DNA from: Marmoricola sp.
GTDB lineage: Bacteria; Actinomycetota; Actinomycetes; Propionibacteriales; Nocardioidaceae
Reading direction: 5' to 3'
DNA length: 64,000 nucleotides
NCBI GenBank assembly: GCA_046598425.1
Contig: JBKJIN010000032.1
Coordinates: forward strand, 5,178-69,177
In this document: positions 36,946 to 45,983 of the stretch, piece after piece
Numbering within the stretch: position 1 is the first letter of the stretch
Layout of the letters: each line of letters opens with the position of its first letter
Translations under genes and position numbers: made by a program
Notes under the pieces: generated by a model
Told to the model about the DNA's origin: nothing
Seen by the model: only the letters and a program-made list of their open reading frames with translations
Databases searched by the model: none

Positions 36946-38022
36946 CTACGAGCTGAAGCGGAACTCCACCACGTCACCGTCCACCATCACGTACTCCTTG
37001 CCTTCCATCCGCACCTTGCCGGCCGCCTTGGCGGCCGCCATCGACTCCGCGGCGACAAGGTCGTCGTACGAGACGATCTCGGCCTTGATGAAACCCTTCT
37101 GGAAGTCGGTGTGGATGACGCCGGCAGCCTCCGGGGCGGTGGCGCCCTTCCGGATCGTCCAGGCGCGTGCCTCCTTGGGCCCGGCGGTCAGGTAGGTCTG
37201 CAGACCAAGGGTGTCGAAGCCGACCCGGGCCAGGATGTCGAGACCGGGCTCAGTGACGCCCATCTCGGCGAGCATCTCGCGGGCCTCGTCCTCATCACCC
37301 AGCTCGACGAGCTCGGCCTCGAACTTGGCGTCGAGGAAGATCGCCTCGGCCGGCGCGACCAGGGCGCGCATCTCGTTCTTGAGGCCCTCGTCGCCGAGCT
37401 CGTCGGCGTCGCAGTTGAAGACGTAGATGTAGGGCTTCGCGGTCAGCAGGCTGAGCTCGCGGACCAGCGCGAGGTCGAGCTTCGAGGCGATGATCGGCGT
37501 ACCTGCCTCAAGCAGTTCCTTGGCCTCGACCGCGGCGGCCAGGTTCGCGGCGATCGCCTTGTTGCCGCGCGCCTCCTTCTCCAGCCGCGGGATCGCCTTC
37601 TCGACGGTCTGCAGGTCGGCCAGGATCATCTCGGTCTGGATGGTGCCGATGTCCGAGGCCGGGTTCACCTCGCCGTCAACGTGGGTGACGTCCTCGTCGC
37701 GGAAGACCCGGGTCACCTGGCAGATCGCCGAGGCCTCGCGGATGTGGGAGAGGAACTTGTTGCCCAGCCCCTCACCCTGGGACGCGCCCGCGACGATGCC
37801 AGCGATGTCGACGAACTCGACGGTGGCCGGGAGCAGCTTGGCGGACCCGAAGATCTCGGCAAGCTTGGCGAGCCGCTCGTCCGGGACGGCGACGACGCCG
37901 ACGTTCGGCTCGATCGTCGCGAACGGGTAGTTCGCCGCGAGCACGTTGTTCTTGGTGAGGGCGTTGAAGAGCGTCGACTTGCCCGCGTTGGGGAGACCGA
38001 CGATGCCGATAGTGAGAGCCAC
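36946..38022 (-). CDS. ychF: redox-regulated ATPase YchF
   Basis: GIVGLPNAGKSTLFNAL, ANYPFATIEPN, DIAG, IHTDF, EGKEY…DGDVVEFRF. Confidence 0.97.
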   Translation of the reverse strand: MALTIGIVGLPNAGKSTLFNALTKNNVLAANYPFATIEPNVGVVAVPDERLAKLAEIFGSAKLLPATVEFVDIAGIVAGASQGEGLGNKFLSHIREASAICQVTRVFRDEDVTHVDGEVNPASDIGTIQTEMILADLQTVEKAIPRLEKEARGNKAIAANLAAAVEAKELLEAGTPIIASKLDLALVRELSLLTAKPYIYVFNCDADELGDEGLKNEMRALVAPAEAIFLDAKFEAELVELGDEDEAREMLAEMGVTEPGLDILARVGFDTLGLQTYLTAGPKEARAWTIRKGATAPEAAGVIHTDFQKGFIKAEIVSYDDLVAAESMAAAKAAGKVRMEGKEYVMVDGDVVEFRFSS

Positions 38023-38116
38023 CCGCGGAGTTTACGGCTCCGGTCGCCCCTCGGCAGAATCGTCCGTTCGGAGTAGCGTGCCGCCATGCTGATCAAGACA
38101 CACGAGCAGGCCTGAC

Positions 38117-38485
38117 GTGGCGAGCGCCGGACACCGCTTCGCCCAAGCCCTCGCGTCCAAGGACCCGGCAGCCCTCACCGCAGTCCTCACCGACGACGTC
38201 GATTTCAAGGCGCTCACCCCGGGCAGGTCCTGGGAGGCCGCCGACCCGGAGGGAACCCTGGAGATCCTCCTCGGCACCTGGTTCGAGCCGCAAGACGAGA
38301 TCGACGAGGTCCTCGAGGTGAGCGAGGGCGACCCGGTCGAGGACACCGCGCACGTGAGCTACCGGTTCGCGCTCACCACGCCGAACGGCCCGCACACCGC
38401 CGAGCAGCAGGCGTACTACCGGGTCAGCGGCGAGCGGATCAGCTACCTCCGGGTGCTCTGCTCCGGCTTCCGGCCGGTCGACTGA
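38117..38485 (+). CDS. NTF2/SnoaL-like hypothetical protein
   Basis: FAQALASKD…DDVDFKALTPG…EQQAYY…VLCSGFRP; the start may be affected by a frameshift (see findings). Confidence 0.7.
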   Translation: MASAGHRFAQALASKDPAALTAVLTDDVDFKALTPGRSWEAADPEGTLEILLGTWFEPQDEIDEVLEVSEGDPVEDTAHVSYRFALTTPNGPHTAEQQAYYRVSGERISYLRVLCSGFRPVD

Positions 38486-38486
38486 G

Positions 38487-39290
38487 GTGACGCTCGAGAC
38501 GATCCGCCTCGAGGCGGTCGACCAGCGCGCCACCGCAGTCCTCGTCCACGGCGCCTGGCACGGAGCCTGGTGCTGGCACGACGGGTTCGCCCAACGACTG
38601 GCGGACCAGGGCGTCAGCACCGTCTCCCTCAGCCTCCGCGGCCACGCCGGCTCGTCCGCTGGCGTCGGCCTCAACCGGCTGCGGATGCGGGACTACCTGG
38701 ACGACGTCGCGGAGGTCGTCGCGGGGCTCGACAGCCCACCGGTGGTGGTGGGCCACTCGATGGGCGGCGGCGTCGTCCAGAAACTGCTCGCCCAACCGGA
38801 CCGCCCGCCCGTCGCCGGGGCAGCGCTGCTCGCGTCAATGCCACCGCGCGGCGTCGTCCGGGTGACAGCCCAGGTGGCCCGGCATTCGCCTGGGACCTTC
38901 CTGCTGAGCAACCTGACCCTGAACCTGGGCCGCCTGGTCGCGACGCCCGAGCAGGTCCGTGCGCTGTTCTTCACTCCGAGCACACCACAGGCGATCGTCG
39001 ATGCTGCGGCCGCCCGGGTCCAGTCGGAGTCCTACCTGGCGTTCCTCGGCATGCTGGCCTTCGAGCGCCCACGGCCGAAACCGGTCGACGTCCCGGTCCT
39101 GGTCGTCGGCGCCGGGGCGGACCCGATCTTCAACGCCTCCGAGGTCGCGCAGACAGCACATGCCTGGGGTACCGAGCCGGTGATGTTCGACGGCATCGGT
39201 CACGACCTGATGCTCGACGACGGCTGGGAGCCGGTAGCCGATCACCTGGCGGCATGGGTTCTCCAGGCCGCAGCCGCCGGCGTCAGATGA
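38487..39290 (+). CDS. alpha/beta hydrolase
   Basis: VHGAWHGAWCW, GHSMGG, GHDLMLD. Confidence 0.9.
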   Translation: MTLETIRLEAVDQRATAVLVHGAWHGAWCWHDGFAQRLADQGVSTVSLSLRGHAGSSAGVGLNRLRMRDYLDDVAEVVAGLDSPPVVVGHSMGGGVVQKLLAQPDRPPVAGAALLASMPPRGVVRVTAQVARHSPGTFLLSNLTLNLGRLVATPEQVRALFFTPSTPQAIVDAAAARVQSESYLAFLGMLAFERPRPKPVDVPVLVVGAGADPIFNASEVAQTAHAWGTEPVMFDGIGHDLMLDDGWEPVADHLAAWVLQAAAAGVR

Positions 39291-40146
39291 CGCGTCGGTT
39301 CTCCCGCATCCGCTTGCGCATCCCGCGCAGCACCGATCGCGAGTACGCCTGGCGGACCACCTTCGGCAGCCGCGGGTAGGTCGCCCGGAACACCGTCCAG
39401 AAGCCGTCGTACAGGCGCTGGTCGAGGCGGGTCCAGCGCAGCCCGAGCACCTCGCGGACCTGCGGGGTCAGGTTCCCCCGGGTGATCAGGCTCTGCACGA
39501 GCACCGCCGGCGCGAGCATCCACTGCTTCCGGCTCGGCGAGAGCAGCCGCTTCATATAGAGCTGAACCACAGGGTCCGGGGTGAGCTCGGACTGCATCCG
39601 CTCCCAGTACGCCGTGAACTCGGCTCGGGTCTGCGGCCACGCCTCCTCCTTGACCTGAAGGGCCGTGCCGATGACCCAGCTCTCCCGGTAGGCGCGCTCT
39701 CGGGTGGCCTCGTCCATCGGACCGAAGGTCTTCTCGTACATCTGCTCGCCGCCGTACGAGAGGGTCGCGGCCACCCAGAGCTGGAGGTCGGGGTCGAAGG
39801 CGCTGTAGCCCTCACCCTTCACCGGGCCGTGTACCCGGTTGACCATCCGCGCAACGGCCTTCCGCTCGTCCGCAGTGCCCATCGTCATCACGTAGACGTA
39901 GGTCAGCGTGGTGCGCAGCCGGTCCTGCGGTCGCTGGAGGGTGGTCGAGTGCTCGGCGACCCCGCGGCCGACGCCGACCAGGGCGAGCTGGTTGGCGACC
40001 GCGGACCCGGCGCCGAGCAGCAGCGCCAGCTCGCCGACGTAGTCGGCCAGGCCGAACCTCGCCGCTGCCAGGTCCGGGACGGGCACCCCCGCCGGGACGG
40101 GGGCGGTCGCGGGGACGAACTCAGCGGCGTCATCGAGCAGGGTCAC
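39283..40146 (-). CDS. oxygenase MpaB (DUF2236) family protein
   Basis: VGRGVAEHS, RLRTT, VHGPVKG…YSAFDPDLQLWVAATL. Confidence 0.87.
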   Translation of the reverse strand: MTLLDDAAEFVPATAPVPAGVPVPDLAAARFGLADYVGELALLLGAGSAVANQLALVGVGRGVAEHSTTLQRPQDRLRTTLTYVYVMTMGTADERKAVARMVNRVHGPVKGEGYSAFDPDLQLWVAATLSYGGEQMYEKTFGPMDEATRERAYRESWVIGTALQVKEEAWPQTRAEFTAYWERMQSELTPDPVVQLYMKRLLSPSRKQWMLAPAVLVQSLITRGNLTPQVREVLGLRWTRLDQRLYDGFWTVFRATYPRLPKVVRQAYSRSVLRGMRKRMRENRRVI

Positions 40147-40158
40147 CTTGCGACAGTA

Positions 40159-40173
40159 CAACAGAATCTGTTG
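40159..40173. promoter_or_regulatory. TetR operator between divergent leaderless promoters
   Basis: CAACAGA-A-TCTGTTG; -10 boxes TACTGT (-) and TAGCAT (+). Confidence 0.65.
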
Positions 40174-40192
40174 CATTGTGTAGCATCGGTCC

Positions 40193-40795
40193 ATGACCGA
40201 GACCTCCGTCGCGAGCATCCTGGATGCCGCCCGGGCGCAGTTCCTGCGCACCGGCGTACGACGGACCAGTGGCGACGACATCGCCCGCAGCGCCGGGGTC
40301 AACCGGGCCACCCTCTACCGCCGGGTTGGCACCAAGGACGAGATCGTCCGGCAGACCTACCTGGCCGAAACCTCCCGGGTGCTCGGAATCATCGAGGAGG
40401 CGATCGGGCCCGTCCCCGCGGCGGGGAGCCCCGGCTTCGACGCCCCGGCGTACGTCGAGAGGTTCTTCACCGTCACCGTCACCCAGCTTCGCGAGAACGC
40501 GCTCCTCCACCAACTCCTGGTCATCGACCGCGACGAGACCCTCGCCGGGCTGACCCTCAACGCCGGCGAGACCCTGGCCCTCTCCGCAGCCCTGGTCGCG
40601 GACCGCGTCCGGTCCCTGCGCGCGTACGTCGGCAATACCGCCACCGACGACGTCGAAGACCTGGCCGCGACGCTCGCCCGCCTGGCCCAGTCGCTGGTAC
40701 TGACCCCCGATGCTCCGCCCCAACTGGAGAACGACGACCAGATGCGGTCCTACGCACGCCGGGTGGTCGCGCCGATGGTCCTGGGCCGGGGCTAG
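40193..40795 (+). CDS. TetR/AcrR family regulator
   Basis: DDIARSAGVNRATLYRR. Confidence 0.9.
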   Translation: MTETSVASILDAARAQFLRTGVRRTSGDDIARSAGVNRATLYRRVGTKDEIVRQTYLAETSRVLGIIEEAIGPVPAAGSPGFDAPAYVERFFTVTVTQLRENALLHQLLVIDRDETLAGLTLNAGETLALSAALVADRVRSLRAYVGNTATDDVEDLAATLARLAQSLVLTPDAPPQLENDDQMRSYARRVVAPMVLGRG

Positions 40796-40805
40796 TCTCA
40801 CCTGC

Positions 40806-41591
40806 GTGCGAATCGCCACCTGGAACGTCAACTCCCTCCGCTCCCGCATCGACCGCGTCGAGGCCTTCCTGGAGCGTCACGACGTCGACGTGCTCGCTCT
40901 CCAGGAGACCAAGGCCCGTGAGGACCAGCTCCCCCTGATGGGGCTCCAGGCCCGCGGGTACGACGTTGCCGCGGCCGGCTTCAGCCAGTGGAACGGGGTC
41001 GCGATCATCTCCCGGGTCGGGCTCGAGGACGTCACGGTCGGCTTCCCGGAGATGCCCGAGTACGACGGCGCCGCCGAGGCCCGCGCCATCGCAGCGACCT
41101 GTGGCGGCGTACGGATCTGGTCGCTCTACGTCCCGAACGGGCGCAAGGTCGACGACCCGCACTATCACTACAAGCTCGACTGGCTGGCGAAGCTACGGGA
41201 CACCGCGGCTACCTGGACCGACCAGCCCACCGCGCTCGTCGGCGACTGGAACATCGCACCGGCCGACGAGGACGTCTACGACATTGCGGCGTTCGCCAAG
41301 GAAACCCACGTCACCCCACCCGAGCGCGCAGCCTTCCAGGCGTTCCTCGACTCCGGGTACGCCGAGGTCACCCGGGCCCACACACCGGGCCCGGGCGTGT
41401 ACACGTACTGGGACTACTACCGGCAGCGGTTCGAGCGGAACCGCGGTCTGCGGATCGATTTCGCCCTCGGCAATTGTCAGTTCGCCGAACGGGTCACCGG
41501 GGCGTTCATCGACACCGACGAGCGTGACCCGGCGCAGGGCACCGGGAGCCCCTCCGACCACGCGCCGGTGGTCGTCGACCTGGCCGACTAG
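40806..41591 (+). CDS. xth: exodeoxyribonuclease III
   Basis: RIATWNVNS, LQETK, YVPNG, GDWN, GLRIDF, SDHAPV. Confidence 0.95.
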   Translation: MRIATWNVNSLRSRIDRVEAFLERHDVDVLALQETKAREDQLPLMGLQARGYDVAAAGFSQWNGVAIISRVGLEDVTVGFPEMPEYDGAAEARAIAATCGGVRIWSLYVPNGRKVDDPHYHYKLDWLAKLRDTAATWTDQPTALVGDWNIAPADEDVYDIAAFAKETHVTPPERAAFQAFLDSGYAEVTRAHTPGPGVYTYWDYYRQRFERNRGLRIDFALGNCQFAERVTGAFIDTDERDPAQGTGSPSDHAPVVVDLAD

Positions 41592-41725
41592 GAGTGCTGG
41601 GCGGGATCAAGCGGTTGGCTGCCACCGTGTCGTCGTCCTACTCTCGCACCATCCGCCTCCAATCGGCACACATCGCAGACAGGTGAGCCACCACGGCACT
41701 CGTGGTCCAGACGACCCCGAAGCGG

Positions 41726-42013
41726 TCAACCGCTCCGCAATGCCGTCTTGCGCTGCTGGTACTCCGGCTGGTCGATCTCACCACGGGCGAACCGCTCGTC
41801 CAGTGTCAACTCAGCGGTCGACCTCGTGGGCGGGGCCGCGCTGCCCTGTCCAGCCGGTCCGGCCTGGCTCGCGCCCGAGGCGCGCAGCAGCACGTAGACC
41901 AGTACGCCGAGCGCCACGAGGCAGACCAGGATCAGGACGCTCATCATCAGCCAGCCCCCCGTGCCCATCCCGTTCATCCCCCAGTAACGGCCGTCATCGT
42001 CGTAACCCATCAC
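41726..42013 (-). CDS. SHOCT domain membrane protein
   Basis: Met/Gly-rich N-terminus, TM helix, LDERFARGEIDQPEY. Confidence 0.85.
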   Translation of the reverse strand: MMGYDDDGRYWGMNGMGTGGWLMMSVLILVCLVALGVLVYVLLRASGASQAGPAGQGSAAPPTRSTAELTLDERFARGEIDQPEYQQRKTALRSG

Positions 42014-42124
42014 TGTTCGCCTCCTTCGTCTCCAGACGAGCGTCCCGCTGACCAGTCGACAGGAACAGGGCCGTCAGTCAGTTCTCCGTGGGACCTCTGT
42101 CGAGCGGGAACGGCCTCAAGGTCG

Positions 42125-42670
42125 TCAGTCGACGACGATCGGCTCGCGGTAGGAGTCGAACGGACTCACCTCGCCCGACTCGAGGTCCACGTCGACTCGG
42201 AGGACCCCGTCGCTCGGGCTGGCACCCTCGGTGCGCCAGAGGTCCGGCCGGGTCCGCAGGAACACCAGACCGGGCCAGAGCGCCAGACCCGCCCCGTCAC
42301 CGAAGACCAGGTCGAACTCGAGGAAGGAGTACGAGTCCGGGTAGTACTCCGCCGGGATGTCGGCCGGATCCAGTCGCAGCTCGTAGTTTCCGTCGCCGTC
42401 GGTCCGGACCGCCGGCGCCGACCACCGCTGGGCACCCTCGTCCGTCTCGGCCGAGCCGGTCACCGGCATCGCCTGGAGTACGACGGTCGCGTTCGGCACC
42501 GCTTCGCCGCCCCGGACGACCGTCCCGTAAGCGAGCAGCAGGCCGGAGGCCGGCCCTGCGGTCCCCAGGGTCTCCTCGACGACGGCATTCGGAGCCCCCT
42601 GGGCACACCCGGACAGCACGAGGGCTGCGACGAGGGTGGCGAGGAGGTTGGCAGCTAGCCGCCGATTCAT
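42125..42670 (-). CDS. hypothetical lipoprotein (prealbumin/carboxypeptidase-regulatory-like fold)
   Basis: Lipobox LSGC; GTV…PNATVVL…TDGDGNYEL. Confidence 0.7.
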   Translation of the reverse strand: MNRRLAANLLATLVAALVLSGCAQGAPNAVVEETLGTAGPASGLLLAYGTVVRGGEAVPNATVVLQAMPVTGSAETDEGAQRWSAPAVRTDGDGNYELRLDPADIPAEYYPDSYSFLEFDLVFGDGAGLALWPGLVFLRTRPDLWRTEGASPSDGVLRVDVDLESGEVSPFDSYREPIVVD

Positions 42671-43671
42671 CAGAGCCGTTCGTAGTGCGGGTACGGCGCC
42701 CAGTAGGTGCTCGTCCCGCCCGAGGTCACCCGGTAGACGCGAGCGATAGGGGCCCTGAACCGGTAGCTCGCCGAGCCCGACAGGCTGGTCGTCACAGTGT
42801 GGAAATGGGTCCACGCGCAGGTGTCGCACGTCCGGTAGGAGAGTGCGACCGCGTGCTTGCCCCACGGTCCGAACGTGTTCGCGCTCCGCGAGTACTTCCG
42901 GACCGAAACCCGCAGGGTGACGTAGGACCCGACGCGGCTCGCGGAGAACGAGAACCGGGAGTCGAGCCGGACCTCTGTACGCGGCGCGTTCTGCACGATG
43001 TCGTCAGCAGCCGCATTGGCGGCCTCGACCGGCTTCATCACGTAGGCGCCGAGCGGCTGGGCATCGAAGAACTTCCAGAAGTCCTTGAAGTTCCCGTAGA
43101 ACGCCAGCGTGTTCACGTTGGTGCCGCGGGACAGGTTCTTCACGTCCCAGGCTGCGCGCTCGATGTGCGCAGCGGTGCAGTTGGGCGCAAGGCGTCCATA
43201 GACGATCTCCTCGGCGGTGTTCACCCGCACGGTGCTCGGGACGAGCACCGAGCAGCGCGGCTGAGCGCCGGCGCGGACCTCGAAGGTGACGGCGCTCCGG
43301 TGCTCCCCGGTCTGGTCGTCCTCGATGACGAACGTGTACTCGTCCCGCGGCGGCAGCCCGGCGAGGGTGAACGCCTGCTTGCCGGCCCCGGTCGAAGGGA
43401 ACGTGCCCGCGTCGTCGACGACCGGTTCCTGCCCGGGCGGGGTGTGCTGGACCCGGTAGGAGTAGTCGCCGGCGGGAGCGCTGTTGAAGGTCACGACGTA
43501 CGGTCCGGTGAAGCCCTCGTAGAGCGGCTCGACCCCGGACGGGCTGATGATCTGCGGGTTGCCGTCGCCGGCGCCGGCAGCGCCACTCAACGGAAGCGTT
43601 GCCAGGACCCCTCCCGCGAGAGCCGTCGCCAGAGCGAAGACAGCGGCGCGCGGTCCTGGACGTCTCGGCAT
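42670..43671 (-). CDS. secreted hypothetical protein
   Basis: Signal peptide, beta-rich sequence, GC3 bias. Confidence 0.7.
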   Translation of the reverse strand: MPRRPGPRAAVFALATALAGGVLATLPLSGAAGAGDGNPQIISPSGVEPLYEGFTGPYVVTFNSAPAGDYSYRVQHTPPGQEPVVDDAGTFPSTGAGKQAFTLAGLPPRDEYTFVIEDDQTGEHRSAVTFEVRAGAQPRCSVLVPSTVRVNTAEEIVYGRLAPNCTAAHIERAAWDVKNLSRGTNVNTLAFYGNFKDFWKFFDAQPLGAYVMKPVEAANAAADDIVQNAPRTEVRLDSRFSFSASRVGSYVTLRVSVRKYSRSANTFGPWGKHAVALSYRTCDTCAWTHFHTVTTSLSGSASYRFRAPIARVYRVTSGGTSTYWAPYPHYERL

Positions 43672-43781
43672 CAGAGTTCCTCGGTCATGGGAGGGGCGAA
43701 ACTCGATTCTACGCAAACGGGACAGTCCGCAAACCTGCCAGGAATCCTGGTTGTGTCGGTCCCTCCTGTCAGGCTCGGCGC

Positions 43782-44942
43782 ATGGAGATCCCGCTTCCCC
43801 TGCTGACCCTGGTCATCGGCGCCGTCCTAGGCTGCTTCGTGGGCTGCTTCCTCGGGGCCGCCGCTCAGCGCTGGAGCCGTCGCGAGACCCCCGGTCCCGA
43901 CCTCGCCGTCAACCATGCCCTGCTCCGGGATGGTCTCGACCGGCTCCACGACAAGATGACCGATCTCGAGCACCAGCGGGTCTCGTGGCAGAGCACCCTG
44001 CATCAGCAGGTCGACGAGGTCCGGCACTCCACCGACGTTCTGCGCCGGGAGACCAGCGCCCTGGCGACCGCGCTCCGCAAGCCGCAGGTCCGCGGCCAGT
44101 GGGGCGAGCTCCACCTGCGCCGCACCATCGAGATCGCCGGCCTCGTCGACCGTTGCGACTTCGAGCAGCAGGTCCACCTTGTCGGGAGCGACGGAGCCCA
44201 GCGCCCCGACGTGGTGATCCGGCTGGCTGGAGCCAAGTCCATCGTCGTGGACGCGAAGGTGCCGCTGGCGGCGTACCTGGATGCGCTCGCGACCGACGAC
44301 CCGGAGAAAGCCGCGGAACAGACCGCCTACCTGGCCCAGCACGCACGCCAGCTGCGCACCCACATTGACCAGCTCTCCGGCAAGGCCTACTGGCACACCC
44401 TGGCGCAGAACGGCGTCGACGCTCCCGAGTTCGTCGTGCTCTTCCTGCCGTCCGAGTCGGTGCTCTCCGCTGCCCTCGACGCCGAGCCCACGCTCCTCGA
44501 GTACGCCGCCACGCGCAACGTCGTGCTGGCGACCCCGACGACCCTGATCGCACTGCTGCGCACGGTCGCGCACGGTTGGACCACCGAGACCCTCGCCGAG
44601 CGAACCCGGGAGATCCACCAGCTCGGCCGCGAGTTGTACAGCCGCCTGGGCACCGTTGGCCGACACCTGGACAAGCTCGGTCGGTCGCTGAAGAGCAGCG
44701 TTGAGTCCTACAACAGCGCGGTCGGGTCGCTCGAGTCGCGGGTGTTCGTCACCGCGCGACACTTCGCCGACGTCGCCGACCTCGACGAGACGCTGCCCTC
44801 GCCGCGACCGGTCGAGGAGGCCCCGCGTCCACTGACCGCGATCGAGCTGCTCGAGGCCGTCGCCGAGGAACGACCGACCCTGGTCGACCTGCCCGCCGAC
44901 GGCGTGGCTCCGCACCCCGAGCGGCGAGCCGACCTACGTTAG
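43782..44942 (+). CDS. rmuC: DNA recombination protein RmuC
   Basis: RGQWGELHL, RPDVVI, VVDAKVPL, PEFVVLFLP, TPTTL. Confidence 0.93.
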   Translation: MEIPLPLLTLVIGAVLGCFVGCFLGAAAQRWSRRETPGPDLAVNHALLRDGLDRLHDKMTDLEHQRVSWQSTLHQQVDEVRHSTDVLRRETSALATALRKPQVRGQWGELHLRRTIEIAGLVDRCDFEQQVHLVGSDGAQRPDVVIRLAGAKSIVVDAKVPLAAYLDALATDDPEKAAEQTAYLAQHARQLRTHIDQLSGKAYWHTLAQNGVDAPEFVVLFLPSESVLSAALDAEPTLLEYAATRNVVLATPTTLIALLRTVAHGWTTETLAERTREIHQLGRELYSRLGTVGRHLDKLGRSLKSSVESYNSAVGSLESRVFVTARHFADVADLDETLPSPRPVEEAPRPLTAIELLEAVAEERPTLVDLPADGVAPHPERRADLR

Positions 44943-44946
44943 GCAG

Positions 44947-45489
44947 GTGAACGCACCCACGGTCTGGGAAGAAGGCCGCTGGTCCCCCCGTCGGGTCATG
45001 CGGTTCTCGATCTCTGCCTGCGTGCTCCTGATCGCAGTGGACCGGGCGGCGTCCTATGAGCTCGGCAGCATCTTCGACATCGGCTTCGTCGTGGTTTGCG
45101 CGGTGATCGCGCTCGCCATCCGGCCGACAGACTTCTTCGTCGTCGGCATCCTGCCGCCGCTGCTGCTGCTCGGGCTCTTCGTCATCCTCGGCATCGTCGA
45201 TCGCGGGTCGATCGCGCCGACCGACGACAGCCTGATCCAGTCCGTGATCTCAGGTCTCGCGCACCATTCCGGGTCGCTGCTGATCGGCTACGGGATCGCG
45301 CTCGGGGTCCTGGCACTCCGGAGCCGGGTGCGGAGGCGTCGCGGCGCAGGCCCGGCCGTGGACTACTCGAACCGTGCGGTGTCCCCGGCGCCGTACCGGG
45401 TGACCTCGGGAGCTCCCGAGGTGAAGTCGACGACGGTCGTCGGCAACGAGCCGCACTCCCCCGAATCGATGACGGCGTCCAACAGCTGA
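44947..45489 (+). CDS. DUF6542-like membrane protein
   Basis: 4 TM segments, DFFVVGILPPL; conserved position between rmuC and ispH; tail overlaps the next gene by 127 nt. Confidence 0.7.
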   Translation: MNAPTVWEEGRWSPRRVMRFSISACVLLIAVDRAASYELGSIFDIGFVVVCAVIALAIRPTDFFVVGILPPLLLLGLFVILGIVDRGSIAPTDDSLIQSVISGLAHHSGSLLIGYGIALGVLALRSRVRRRRGAGPAVDYSNRAVSPAPYRVTSGAPEVKSTTVVGNEPHSPESMTASNS

Positions 45490-45983
45490 TCCAGTTCGTC
45501 CTTGACCAGCCAGCCCTCGGTCATCGGCTCGGTCTCCCCCGGCAGCAGCAAGGTGCTCGACAGCATCGGCTCGCCCAACTCCTCCAGCAGCGCCCGGACG
45601 ACCGGGTGCTCCGGGATCCGCACCCCGACCGTCTTCTTCTTCGGGTGCATCAGCCGCTTTGGTACCTCGCCGGTCGCCGGCAGGATGAACGTGTACGGCC
45701 CCGGCGTCGCGGCCTTGATCGCCCGGAACGCCGCGTTGTCGATGTGCACCAGTTGCCCGAGCTGGGCGAAGTCGCGGCACACCAGGGTGAAGTGGTGCTT
45801 GTCGTCGAGCTGCCGGATCGTCCGGATCCGGTCCAGGCCGTCGCGGTTGCCGAGCTGGATGCCGAGCGCGTAGCCCGAATCGGTCGGGTAGGCGAGCAGC
45901 CCGTCCTCCCGCAGGATCGAGACCGCCTGACTGATCAGCCGCGTCTGCGGATCGACCGGGTGGACGTCGAGGTAGCGAGCCAT
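45363..45983 (-). CDS. Sua5/YciO/YrdC family L-threonylcarbamoyladenylate synthase-like protein
   Basis: AYPTDSGYALG, TPGPYTFIL, VGVRIP, PTTVVD. Confidence 0.92.
   Translation of the reverse strand: MARYLDVHPVDPQTRLISQAVSILREDGLLAYPTDSGYALGIQLGNRDGLDRIRTIRQLDDKHHFTLVCRDFAQLGQLVHIDNAAFRAIKAATPGPYTFILPATGEVPKRLMHPKKKTVGVRIPEHPVVRALLEELGEPMLSSTLLLPGETEPMTEGWLVKDELDQLLDAVIDSGECGSLPTTVVDFTSGAPEVTRYGAGDTARFE

Larger units (their letters stand above)
35093..36970. mobile_element. non-autonomous mini genomic island inserted in the ychF 3' end (TA pair + methyltransferase)
   Basis: Flanked by the 17-bp direct repeat TGAAGCGGAACTCCACC; lower GC; no integrase. Confidence 0.65.
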
